This document shows, one piece after another, positions 36,909 to 45,770 of a DNA stretch of 64,000 nucleotides. Location of the stretch: contig VGXM01000006.1 of NCBI GenBank assembly GCA_016873295.1, positions 44,525-108,524 on the forward strand, written 5' to 3'. This DNA comes from Phycisphaerae bacterium. Its GTDB lineage: Bacteria; Planctomycetota; Phycisphaerae; Phycisphaerales; UBA1924. Within the stretch, counting starts at the first letter, position 1. Every line of letters starts with the position of its first letter. Under the pieces are notes generated by a model that worked only from the letters and a program-made list of their open reading frames with translations, was not told the DNA's origin and did not search any database. The position numbers and the translations under genes were made by a program.

Positions 36909-39121
36909 GGGTTGGTGAAGCCCGGGTTATTGAGCCGGAAGATGTCGCCGGTGTTCTGCCCGTAGGTTTGGAAGAGCACGCCGTTGATCCGGTCGTAGCG
37001 CGTGAGCTGGGCGACGGCGCCGGCGGTGATGGACTGCCCACGGAAGGAGTTGGTGTAGTTGATGGTCATGGCGTAGTCGTGGTACTGCGGGCCGCGCCGG
37101 AGCTGGGTCCTCAGTTCGCGGATGGCGCCGGTGAGGATCTGGACGCGGGAGTAGGGCTTGAGGGCGTAGGAGCGGGTGGTGACCTCGGTGCCGTCGGCGA
37201 AGGTGAAGGTGAGGGTGAAGGCGAGCTTGAAGTCCCAGCTGCGGTAGGGGCTCCAGACGGTGAGGACCTCGAGGGAGCGGCTGTCCGACGAGCCGATGCG
37301 TCGCGGGTCGACGAAGCCGCCGGCGAAGATCGTGCCCCGCCCGACCTCGCTCTGGAAGGGGATCAGGCTGCCGATGAGCTGCTGGGCGGCGGGAGCGCGT
37401 GGGTCGCGGTACTGCTCGGTGCGGAAGGCGACGGCGACGGGCTGGTCGGAGGCGTAGCGGACGGTGAAGCGGGCGCCGGGGGTGGCGATCCGGCGCGTGG
37501 TGTCGCGGGTGAGCGGGTAGTCGAGCCGGCCCCACCCCGGGACGCGGACGATGATCTCGCTGAATCCGTGGCGCGAGCGCAGGTCGGTGCGGATGAACTG
37601 GACGACGACTTGGGCCTGCCGGGCGGTGCTGTTGACGAAGCTCAGGGCCGAGTCGAACCCGCGGCCGGTCAGGGCGCTGGAGAGCACGCCCTCGGTGAGC
37701 CCCGCGTTGGGCACGCCCAGGGCCATCCAGCCGGGGGTCGCGCTGTAGCCGGGGTCGATCGGGAGGTCCCAGTCGGCGACGGAGGCGGCGATGGTGGCGC
37801 TGCTCACGATGCGGACCGACACGGGCTCGAACCCGCCCACCAGGTCGGAGATCAGCAGCGATCCCTTGCGGTGCCCCTCGACCGTCCGCCCGATCGTGAT
37901 GGGGATCCCGTTGTTCTGGTAGACCTCGATCGTGAGGACGGAGTCCTCGGGCGAGAGGTTCTGCCAGTGGATGCGCTCGACCGACAGGCTGTTGCGCTCG
38001 ACGTAGGGGAAGGCCCAGGCGCGGAGCTCGCCGTCGTCGTAGCGGAAGGGGCGGAAGAGCGAGACGACCGCCCGGGAGCCGAAGTCCTCGCGGGTCCACG
38101 TGGCGGCGACGGGGAGCGTGTTGGCGCCGGTGGCGCCGGACTCGACGTAGATCGAGTACTCGGCGTCCGGGCGGACCAGGGCGCTCGAGAGATCCTCGAA
38201 GTCGCTGACCACGAGCACCGTGGACGAGCGGGCGTCGAGCGTGCCCGTGGCGACGACCCTGTCGCGCAGCCCCGTCGCGTAGCGAACCACGACCTGGTAC
38301 GCGGCCTGGGTCGCGTTGGGGTTGGTCAGGCGCAGGGTTTCGACCGCGGTCGTGCCGGCGCGGCCGTCGGGGAACATCAGGACCTGCCCGTAGAACGCGG
38401 CGATGTCCGCGGGCTTGATGACCTCCGCGTTCACGAGTTGGACCAGCCCGCCACGCTGCACGTCGTTGGGGTCGAAGCGGCTGGTCACGGGCACCTCGCC
38501 CATGGCGCCGTGCTGGGGCCCCGCGAAGAAGGGGTTGGAGACGAGGTTCTCGATGTCGAGCCCGGCGATGGCCTGGACCACGCTCCACCCCGCGACGACG
38601 CGCCCGAACACCGTGTACCCGCCGCCGGACGTGTTCAGGCTGGGGTTGTCGACGAGGTTGATGAAGAACTGGCTGGTGGCCGAGTTCAGCTCGCTGGAGC
38701 GGGCCATCGCCACGGTCCGGGCCAGGTTGGCGCGCCCCGTCTCCTCGCGCACGATGGGCGGGTCGAGCTCGATGGACTGGAGCTTCTGGGCGCGGTCGCC
38801 CCGGTAGCTGAACCCGCCGCCCTGGATCACGAAGTTCGTGACCGAGCGATGGAAGAACGTCTCGTCGAGCCGACCCGACGTGACATAGTTGAGGAAGTTG
38901 GCGATGGTGATGGGGGCGGCGGCGTTGAAGAGCTCGACGTCGATCGTTCCCATGTTGGTCTCGAGACGCACCACCGAGTTCAGCGTGTTCTCGAGGTCCT
39001 GGAGCTGGGGCAGGGGCGACGGGGCCAGCACCAGCCGCTGCTCCAACGCCTCGAACGTGGGCGGCGTGCGGTCGGTGCGGGTGACGGGCTCGGTCCGATC
39101 CGTGGTCCGACGAAAGAGCAT
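36905..39121 (-). CDS. large secreted protein with an N-terminal cyclophilin-type peptidyl-prolyl isomerase domain and about 550 aa of unknown domains
   Basis: MLFRRTTDRTEPVTRTDRTPPTFEALEQRLVLAP carries the Planctomycete F-E-A-L-E-x-R-x-L-L motif. The cyclophilin core is NMGTIDVELFNAAAPITIANFLNYVTSGRLDETFFHRSVTNFVIQGGGF. The ATG is at complement 39119-39121. Confidence 0.8.
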   Translation of the reverse strand: MLFRRTTDRTEPVTRTDRTPPTFEALEQRLVLAPSPLPQLQDLENTLNSVVRLETNMGTIDVELFNAAAPITIANFLNYVTSGRLDETFFHRSVTNFVIQGGGFSYRGDRAQKLQSIELDPPIVREETGRANLARTVAMARSSELNSATSQFFINLVDNPSLNTSGGGYTVFGRVVAGWSVVQAIAGLDIENLVSNPFFAGPQHGAMGEVPVTSRFDPNDVQRGGLVQLVNAEVIKPADIAAFYGQVLMFPDGRAGTTAVETLRLTNPNATQAAYQVVVRYATGLRDRVVATGTLDARSSTVLVVSDFEDLSSALVRPDAEYSIYVESGATGANTLPVAATWTREDFGSRAVVSLFRPFRYDDGELRAWAFPYVERNSLSVERIHWQNLSPEDSVLTIEVYQNNGIPITIGRTVEGHRKGSLLISDLVGGFEPVSVRIVSSATIAASVADWDLPIDPGYSATPGWMALGVPNAGLTEGVLSSALTGRGFDSALSFVNSTARQAQVVVQFIRTDLRSRHGFSEIIVRVPGWGRLDYPLTRDTTRRIATPGARFTVRYASDQPVAVAFRTEQYRDPRAPAAQQLIGSLIPFQSEVGRGTIFAGGFVDPRRIGSSDSRSLEVLTVWSPYRSWDFKLAFTLTFTFADGTEVTTRSYALKPYSRVQILTGAIRELRTQLRRGPQYHDYAMTINYTNSFRGQSITAGAVAQLTRYDRINGVLFQTYGQNTGDIFRLNNPGFTNP

Positions 39122-39326
39122 CCCAGCCTCCTGGTGCGGCGCGCGGCCGCGGGTCGTGGTCCGGCGATCGTAAGTCGGGCATCGCACGCCCGTTGGGCCC
39201 GCGTACGGTCCACCCGGTCACACCCGGGTCTCCATCCGCCTTCGACCCTCCATCGGATCGGCCGGATGCCCCGGATCGGCGGAAGATCGACGAAGACCGA
39301 TCCGCGCCCCGATCATTACCCGAACT

Positions 39327-39833
39327 TCATTCATTGCGGGGGCGGGTGCGGAGGATCGCCTCCAGGAGCGACCGCCACTCGGCGTAGCGGTAGGGCACCG
39401 CGTGGGTGTCGTGGAGCGTGCGCAATGGCGCGAGCATGCGCTCGGAGAGGTCCTGCTGCCACGCCGTCGCCGAGCGGTCGCAGAAGTAGATCCGGCACGT
39501 GAGCGGCTTGGTCGCGTGGATCGTGCAGAGGTTGGCGGCTTGGAAGGGGCACCCGCCGGCGGCGCGGGCGGCCTCGACCTGTGGGAGCGACAGGGCGCGG
39601 GGGGCGGGCGTCGGCGGGGGGCGGGCGAGCGCGTAGGCGGCCTCGAGCCCCGTGACGTAGAGCCGGTGCCCGGCCCGCTCGAAGTTGCAGCACCGCCCCG
39701 AGGCCCAGCACGCCGGGCCGCGACGCTCGACCTCGTCGGCGACGGCGGCGAAGAGACGCTCGAGGTCCGCAACCACCGCGGGGGCCTGGGCCGCCTCGAA
39801 CCAGCGCCGGATGATCGTGGGGTCGTCGCGCAC
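39327..39833 (-). CDS. YkgJ-family cysteine-cluster protein (UPF0153)
   Basis: The Cys motifs are CWASGRCCNFERAGHRLYVTGLE...CPFQAANLCTIHATKPLTCRIYFC. Confidence 0.7.
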   Translation of the reverse strand: MRDDPTIIRRWFEAAQAPAVVADLERLFAAVADEVERRGPACWASGRCCNFERAGHRLYVTGLEAAYALARPPPTPAPRALSLPQVEAARAAGGCPFQAANLCTIHATKPLTCRIYFCDRSATAWQQDLSERMLAPLRTLHDTHAVPYRYAEWRSLLEAILRTRPRNE

Positions 39834-39851
39834 GGCGCGGCTCCGGCGGGC

Positions 39852-40460
39852 TCAGTCGCGGCAGGCGATGCGGACGCGCTCGAGCAGGTCACGGGCCGAG
39901 TCGCCGGCCTGGCGCGAGCGCTCGTGGGCGTCCACGGCCTCGGGGGCGGGCAGCCCCTTGCTGTTGATCCACACGTTCCAGTTGCTGGCGCGGACAGCGG
40001 CCTCGGCCAGCTCGGCGGCCAACCCCAGGTCGGACCGGAGATGGCGGTTGGTGATCGGCCCCAGCGTGTCCATGAGGCGGAGCAGGTCGACGCAGGCGGC
40101 GGCGACGGCCTCGGGGATCTGCACGCAGGCCCGGAGCGCGGGCGCGTGCTCCGCCGCCCGCCGCGGGTCGGTCTCCGGCAGGCGCGAGAGCTCGTTGCAC
40201 AGCCCGTACGCGGCGGCGTCCTCGTCGGCCAGGCGCAGCATCAGCGCGCGGGCCCGCTCGAGCCGGGCACGGGCGTCCTCGAGGGCCGGCGCGTGCGGGG
40301 CCAGGCTCTTCTTGCCCAGCGAGAAGCTGACGACCATCCCGGCAAGGGCGGCGGCCAGGGCGCCGACGGCGGACGCCACCGCCCCGCCCCCGGGCGTCGG
40401 GGTCTTGGCGGCGACCTGCTCCAGGAGCGTGCCGAAGGGGACGGCGGCCAGTGAGGTCAT
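39852..40460 (-). CDS. cyclodeaminase/cyclohydrolase-family protein (formiminotransferase-cyclodeaminase C-domain-like)
   Basis: LEQVAAKTPTPGGGAVASAVGALAAALAGMVVSFSLGKK is the characteristic FTCD_C N-terminal helix. Confidence 0.75.
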   Translation of the reverse strand: MTSLAAVPFGTLLEQVAAKTPTPGGGAVASAVGALAAALAGMVVSFSLGKKSLAPHAPALEDARARLERARALMLRLADEDAAAYGLCNELSRLPETDPRRAAEHAPALRACVQIPEAVAAACVDLLRLMDTLGPITNRHLRSDLGLAAELAEAAVRASNWNVWINSKGLPAPEAVDAHERSRQAGDSARDLLERVRIACRD

Positions 40461-40505
40461 GCGTGAGGGTATCGGGGGCCCGGGCGCCGGGTTCTACAGT
40501 CGGGC

Positions 40506-42005
40506 ATGTGGATCGCGACCCTGTCGTTGCTGATCGCCCTGGGGCAGCCCGAGCCGACGACGCCCCCCGGACTCCCGCCGCCCCCGGCGCCCGTCGCGGC
40601 GGAGGTCGAGTGGGCGGTGGTGACGCGGGCCGACCTGGTCGCGGCCTCCACGCGCTTCGAACGCATCTACCGCGCGCTGACGGACCGACAGGCCCGGGCC
40701 CGGGAGGCCAACCGGGCCTTCGACGTGGCGACGGCGTCGTTCCTGGGCGGCAGGATGAACGACGCGATCCGGGCGCTGCGGACCGGCGCGGACGCGCTGG
40801 CGGCCGAGGGCGAGGCGTCGCCGGCGCAGGCCCTGGCCTCGTCGCTACGGGTGACGGTCGAGCCGGCGGTGTACGGGCGCGCGATGTCGCGGGCGCCGCG
40901 CCTGGCGATCGAGCAGTGGTACGGGCCCGAGTCGCCGGCCCGCGTCACGCTCGGCGTGAGCCTGCTCCCGATCGACGCCCTGGAGCCGCTGACCCTGGCC
41001 GTCGACGTGGCGTACACGCCCGGCACGCCCGTGAGCATGAGCGTGCCGCTGGACGCGGGCGCGTGGCTGGGCAAGGCGTCGGGGGCGTACCTGGTGTCGG
41101 TGGGCGTGGGCGAACAGTCCGACCCCGGGCCGCTCTTCTTCTGCGTGCTCAGCGAGCCGGCCGGCCAGACGCTCCACGCCCTCAAGCCCAGGATCGACGC
41201 GCTGAACGCCGGGGCCGCCCTGAGCCCGTCGGCCCTGGCCACGCTCCGAGGCACGTGGAGCCTGCTCGGCGGCGGCGTCAACCCGCAGGAGTCGGCGAGC
41301 TTCATGACGCCCATGAGCACGCGCGCCGACACGCTGGCGGCGGAGGTCACGCTCGCGGAGGGCAAGGTCAGCCCGTTCGCGGGGCGGGCGGGGATGACCT
41401 GGCGCCTGCTGGACTCCGGGGGGAGACTGGTCCCCTATGTCACGCACGTGCCGGTGGGGCGGACGGGCGCCATGCCGGTGGTCGTCGCCTTCCACGGGAC
41501 GGGTGGGGACGAGTACTCGTTCCAGGTGGTGCACGGGGACGGGGAGCTGCGCCGGCAGGCCGACGCGCGCGGGTTCATCGCGGTCAGCCCGCGGGCCGAG
41601 GCGTTCATCGGCAACCCCGACCTGTTCGACGCGCTGCTCCGCGAGGTGGCCCGGGACTACGCGATCGACCGCGCTCGGGTGTACGTGCTCGGGCACTCGA
41701 CGGGGGCGGCGGCGGCCAGCGCGCTGGCGGCGGCGCGGCCGGACTCGCTCGCGGCGGCGGTGTGCCTCGCCGGGGGCGATTCCCTCCGCGGCGAGCGCGT
41801 GGCGCCGACCCTGGTCATCGCCGGGCAGTTCGACCCGATCATCCCGCCGGCGCGCCTGAAGGTGGCGGCGGAGCAGGCACGGGCCGCGGGCGCGCCCGTG
41901 GAGTACCGCGAGGCGCCCGGGCAGGGGCACGCGCTGATCGTGGGCGACCTGCTGGGCGAGGCCCTCGACTGGTTGTGGGGGCGGAGGTTGAACGCCAGGC
42001 CGTGA
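40506..42005 (+). CDS. secreted alpha/beta-hydrolase (esterase/depolymerase-like) with an N-terminal non-catalytic domain
   Basis: A signal peptide is present. The C-terminal part PVVVAFHGTGGDEYSF...VYVLGHSTGAAAASALAA...PVEYREAPGQGHAL has a GHSxG nucleophile elbow. Confidence 0.75.
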   Translation: MWIATLSLLIALGQPEPTTPPGLPPPPAPVAAEVEWAVVTRADLVAASTRFERIYRALTDRQARAREANRAFDVATASFLGGRMNDAIRALRTGADALAAEGEASPAQALASSLRVTVEPAVYGRAMSRAPRLAIEQWYGPESPARVTLGVSLLPIDALEPLTLAVDVAYTPGTPVSMSVPLDAGAWLGKASGAYLVSVGVGEQSDPGPLFFCVLSEPAGQTLHALKPRIDALNAGAALSPSALATLRGTWSLLGGGVNPQESASFMTPMSTRADTLAAEVTLAEGKVSPFAGRAGMTWRLLDSGGRLVPYVTHVPVGRTGAMPVVVAFHGTGGDEYSFQVVHGDGELRRQADARGFIAVSPRAEAFIGNPDLFDALLREVARDYAIDRARVYVLGHSTGAAAASALAAARPDSLAAAVCLAGGDSLRGERVAPTLVIAGQFDPIIPPARLKVAAEQARAAGAPVEYREAPGQGHALIVGDLLGEALDWLWGRRLNARP

Positions 42006-42032
42006 ACGCGGCCTCTCCTACGATCGCCCAGC

Positions 42033-42119
42033 CGGTGGGGTGGCCGAGCGGTTGATGGCACCGGTCTTGAAAACCGGTTTGGGCGCAAGTCCAACGTGGG
42101 TTCGAATCCCACCCCCACC
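42033..42119 (+). tRNA. tRNA-Ser (anticodon TGA)
   Basis: Manual fold: acceptor ggtgggg/ccccacc; D-arm gcc-gagcggttgat-ggc; anticodon stem ccggt/accgg with loop cttgaaa; long variable arm; T-arm gtggg-ttcgaat-cccac; discriminator g. The CCA is not encoded. Confidence 0.85.
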
Positions 42120-42264
42120 GCTTCCCGGCGCGGAGTTCACAGACCCGTGCCGCTCGCGAGCGATGGCGCGCCTTCGCCGCCTTGCATCCGGCGCGTCGGG
42201 GATGGACGACCCTGGGGCGCGGGTCGGGCCCCGGCCAAGCGCGGGAGGCCCGCAACGGCGAACT

Positions 42265-42729
42265 TCAGCCCCGCGCCCTGAGCAGGTCACGGATCTCCGT
42301 GAGCAGCGCCACGTCGGCGGGCGGCGCCGGGGGCGGGCCCGCCTCCTTCTCCTTCTCGAACCGCCTCCTGGCGATGTTGAACGCCTTGACGACCAGGAAG
42401 ATGCAGAACGCCAGGATCATGAAGTTGAGCGTGATGGTGATGAAGTTGCCCCACGCGATCACCGGGCCCAACTCGCGGGCCTTGTCCAGCCCCGGGACCG
42501 CCTGACCGGCCTGGGCGGCGGCGGCCACCGCGTCGGCCCCCTTCCGTGACAGCGGGACGTACTGGTTCGAGAAGTCCACGCTGCCGGCGATCCCGATCAC
42601 GGGCATGATCACGTCCTTGATCATCGACTGCACGATCCCGCCGAACGCGCCGCCGATGATGACGGCGACGGCCAGGTCGAGCACGTTGCCCCGCAGGGCG
42701 AAGTCGCGGAACTCCTTGAGCATTCCCAT
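42265..42729 (-). CDS. mscL: large-conductance mechanosensitive channel MscL
   Basis: MGMLKEFRDFALRGNVLDLAVAVIIGGAFGGIVQSMIKDVIMP is near-identical in pattern to E. coli MscL. Confidence 0.9.
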   Translation of the reverse strand: MGMLKEFRDFALRGNVLDLAVAVIIGGAFGGIVQSMIKDVIMPVIGIAGSVDFSNQYVPLSRKGADAVAAAAQAGQAVPGLDKARELGPVIAWGNFITITLNFMILAFCIFLVVKAFNIARRRFEKEKEAGPPPAPPADVALLTEIRDLLRARG

Positions 42730-42853
42730 CGAGCGTTCTCCTTTCATGGGGTCGAGCACGCCCACTCCCGGCGTGCCTGGGGATCGATCGGGGTTTCCGT
42801 CGCGGACTCCTCCTCCGGGCGTGGCCATGCGGAGCGCGGGCGATCGCGCCCCG

Positions 42854-43714
42854 TCAGAAGCTCCATCCGAGCAGCAGGAAGTAGTCGACGTCGTTCTTCT
42901 TGCGCCCCGGGCCCGGGGTGGCGTCGTAGCGGTCCTCCACGCCCAGGCGCAGCGTCATGTTGGCCTCCGGATCGACGAGGACCTCCCACCCGGCCTTGGC
43001 GACCAGGCGGTAGTCGTCGGTGTCCTTGAGGGAGGGGTAGGCGTCGAACGAGGCGAAGAGCCGCTGGCGCTCGGTGAGGCGGTGGTTGAAGTCGGCGCCG
43101 AGGTTGAGCTCGGGGGTGAACTCGTTGTCGCTCCCGCCGATCTCGCGCGACCCGCCGACGCCCAGGCGCGCGACCAGCGTGGTGCGCCCGTCCTTGACCG
43201 GCGAGTAACCCAGGCCGACGACGCCCGACAGGCGCCACGTCCAGTCCTGGAACTCGTCGTACTCGCCCTTGCCCTGGGCGTAGACGCTCCAGCGCGAGCG
43301 GTCGACGGCCCAGTCGTTGCGGAGGCCGACCTCGCCCCTGGACTTGCTCTTCTGCCCGTCGCTCGTGCCGTAGGCATAGTGAGACGCGAACGCGGTCTTC
43401 ATGCGCTCGGTGTCGCGGGTGAGCGACAGCGCGGCCCGGAGGTTGAGCGTCTCGGAGTTGCCCGCCGACCCGTTGATCCCTCCCTCGATCGACCCCTTCC
43501 AACTCTCGACGAACGAACGCGGCGGGGGCGGTTCCGGGGGCGGTTCCGGGGGCGGTTCCGGGGGCGGTTCCGGGGGTGCTTCCGGGGGTGTCTGCGGCGG
43601 CGCGGCCAGGGCGAACGCGGCGGGGGCCTGGACCAGGACCGGGCGGGCCTCGTGGGCCAGCGCACCGGTCGGCACGACCATCGCGGCCAAGGGCAGGATC
43701 GAGCGGGTGAGCAT
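42854..43714 (-). CDS. DUF481-family (YdiY-like) outer-membrane beta-barrel protein with a Pro-Glu-rich linker
   Basis: The signal peptide is MLTRSILPLAAMVVPTGALA. It is followed by the repeat PPEAPPEPPPEPPPEPPPEPPPP, a beta-barrel-like C-terminus and a terminal aromatic residue (LGWSF). The ATG is at complement 43712-43714. The Arg-rich extension to 45199 is rejected. Confidence 0.75.
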   Translation of the reverse strand: MLTRSILPLAAMVVPTGALAHEARPVLVQAPAAFALAAPPQTPPEAPPEPPPEPPPEPPPEPPPPRSFVESWKGSIEGGINGSAGNSETLNLRAALSLTRDTERMKTAFASHYAYGTSDGQKSKSRGEVGLRNDWAVDRSRWSVYAQGKGEYDEFQDWTWRLSGVVGLGYSPVKDGRTTLVARLGVGGSREIGGSDNEFTPELNLGADFNHRLTERQRLFASFDAYPSLKDTDDYRLVAKAGWEVLVDPEANMTLRLGVEDRYDATPGPGRKKNDVDYFLLLGWSF

Positions 43715-43791
43715 CGTGGGAATCCGAGCGGGCGCGTGGCGGTCGGCCCCGGGCGACGGGGAATATACCGCGCCCACGCCGCCGCGTCCCC

Positions 43792-45714
43792 TCACCCCCG
43801 CGCGACCAGCCGCTCGGCACGGATCAGCTCCGCCACCGACCACGCCTGGAACGGGCACCCGGCGGGGCGTCGCGGCGGGTCGGCGTCGAAGACCTCCGAC
43901 ACGTGACCCAGCCCCGCCTCGCCGACGTGGGCCCGCAGCCCCGCCAGCATCGCGCCGGCCTCCTCCAGCGACGCCGGCGCGCCGCCCGCGACGCGAAGGT
44001 GGGCCTCGACGAATGCCCCCATGAGCCACGGCCACACCGTGCCCTGGTGGTACGCCCCGTCGCGCGAGCGCTGATCGCCCTGGTAGCGGGGCTGGTACGA
44101 AGGGTGGCCCGGGTCGAGCGTGCGCAGGCCCAGGGGCGTCCAGAGCCGCTCGCGCACCGTGCGCACCACCGACGCCGCTCGCGCCCCCGTCAGCAGCGGC
44201 ACCGGCAGCCCCCCCACCGCCAGCACCTGGTTGGGGCGCACGGCGTCGTCGACGGCGCCGCGGCGGTGGTCGGCGTCGACCACGTCGAAGAGGCACCCCA
44301 GGGCCGCGTTCCAGAAGCGCGCGTTGAACGCTTCCGTCGCGGACCGCGCGGCCTCGGCCCGTGCCGGGCTCCACCGCGCCGCCACCGACAGCGCGTTGAC
44401 CCAGAGGGCCTGAATCTCGACGGGCTTGCCGATGCGGGGCGTGACGACCCACTCGCCGCACTTGGCGTCCATCCACGTCAGTTGCACCCCCGGCTCGCCC
44501 GCGGCCACCAGCCCGTCCCCGTCCACGCGGATGGCGTGGCGCGTGCCGGCGGCGTACCCGTCGAGGATCGCGTCGACCGCGGACCGCAGCCGATCGCGGT
44601 CGCGCGCGTCCAGCGACCCCGCCGCCAGGTCCATGTACTCCCCCGCCGCGACGACGTACCACAGCGACGCGTCCACCGAGTTGTACTCGGGCGCCTCGCC
44701 CGCGTCGGGGAAGCGGTTGGGGAGCATGCCGCGGCTCACGTGCCCGGCCCACTCGACCAGGATGGCGCGGGCCTCGTCCAGCCGCCCCGTCGCCAGGCAC
44801 AGCCCGCGCAAGGCGATGAACGTGTCCCGCCCCCAGTCGCCGAACCACGGATACCCGGCGATGACCGTCAGGCCCGAGTCGCGCCGGACGATGTAATGGT
44901 CGGCGGCGCGGGCGAGCGCGTCGGCGCCGAACCGCCCGCGCCGAACCCGCTCGCGCTCCGCCGCGGCGTCCCAGGCGGGCGCCGGGTCGCCGACCGGCTC
45001 CTCCGTCGAGAGGGCCATCACCGCCGGGCCGCTCAGCAGGTCGAACTCGAACCCGCCGGGCGAGGCCAGGTCCTCCACCGATTCCAGGCCGCGCGCGGCT
45101 TCCTCGTCGAGCTGGAAGGCGCGGAACCACTCGGGGGCGTGCCGATAGGCGCCCGACGAGGCCGCGATGACGGCGGGGAGCGCCGCGTAGGGACGCCATC
45201 GGACCACGCCGCGCCCCTCGCCCGCCTCCGCGCCGAAGTCAAACGCCGGGTTCTCGCGGTGGACGTGGTGGAGGGGCGACCCGCCCAGGAGCGGGCGGAC
45301 CCGCAGCCGGGCGACCTGCCCGTGCTCGGGCGCGCCCCCGAGCGTCCAGCGCAGCCAGCACGCCCGGCGGTGGCGCTCCAGGAACAGCTCGCAGGTGAGC
45401 CGGTGCCCCGAGGGGAGCCGGTAGCGCCACGTGGGCCACGGATCATGCCGGAAGTCCGCCAGGTGCGACGGGCCCACGGGGTGGACATGCCCGCCCCGGT
45501 AGCGGTGCGGCGTGAGCCAGACCGAGCCACGCTCGGTCTCGACCCACGCCTCCAGGTCCTTGACCAGGGCCACGCGCTCGGCGGGGGGGCGCAACGCGAC
45601 GGTCAGGATCGCGTGGTAGGAGCGCGTGCGCACGCCCGACGCGGTGCCCATGGCGAACCCGCCCAGGCCATCGGTCTCGAGCCACTCGCGCGACTCGTCG
45701 GGGGAGAGGGGCAT
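43792..45714 (-). CDS. glycogen-debranching enzyme family protein (amylo-alpha-1,6-glucosidase-type)
   Basis: MPLSPDESREWLETDGLGGFAMGTASGVRTRSYHAIL...LTVIAGYPWFGDWGRDTFIALRGLCLATGRLDEARAIL...YHQGTVWPWLMGAFVEAHL has GDE_N and GDE_C hallmarks. The ATG is at complement 45712-45714. The upstream 630-codon extension of ORF 43792..47604 is rejected. Confidence 0.8.
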   Translation of the reverse strand: MPLSPDESREWLETDGLGGFAMGTASGVRTRSYHAILTVALRPPAERVALVKDLEAWVETERGSVWLTPHRYRGGHVHPVGPSHLADFRHDPWPTWRYRLPSGHRLTCELFLERHRRACWLRWTLGGAPEHGQVARLRVRPLLGGSPLHHVHRENPAFDFGAEAGEGRGVVRWRPYAALPAVIAASSGAYRHAPEWFRAFQLDEEAARGLESVEDLASPGGFEFDLLSGPAVMALSTEEPVGDPAPAWDAAAERERVRRGRFGADALARAADHYIVRRDSGLTVIAGYPWFGDWGRDTFIALRGLCLATGRLDEARAILVEWAGHVSRGMLPNRFPDAGEAPEYNSVDASLWYVVAAGEYMDLAAGSLDARDRDRLRSAVDAILDGYAAGTRHAIRVDGDGLVAAGEPGVQLTWMDAKCGEWVVTPRIGKPVEIQALWVNALSVAARWSPARAEAARSATEAFNARFWNAALGCLFDVVDADHRRGAVDDAVRPNQVLAVGGLPVPLLTGARAASVVRTVRERLWTPLGLRTLDPGHPSYQPRYQGDQRSRDGAYHQGTVWPWLMGAFVEAHLRVAGGAPASLEEAGAMLAGLRAHVGEAGLGHVSEVFDADPPRRPAGCPFQAWSVAELIRAERLVARG

Positions 45715-45770
45715 CGCGGGCTCCGGCGCCCGGGCGTCGGGCGGCGGCAGTGTACCGCGACCGGGGCGGG

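Noticed and set aside
36895-36912. Apparent 1-nt disagreement between the ORF-track coordinates and my manual base count at the msbA-like and PPIase junction
   Set aside because: This is most likely my own counting slip in a poly-G/C run and not a biological frameshift. I used the ORF-track coordinates for these two genes.
42120-42264. Looked for a rho-independent terminator or attachment site next to tRNA-Ser
   Set aside because: No integrase gene or direct repeat of the tRNA 3' end is nearby. Only weak GC-rich stems without a U-tract were seen, so nothing could be supported.
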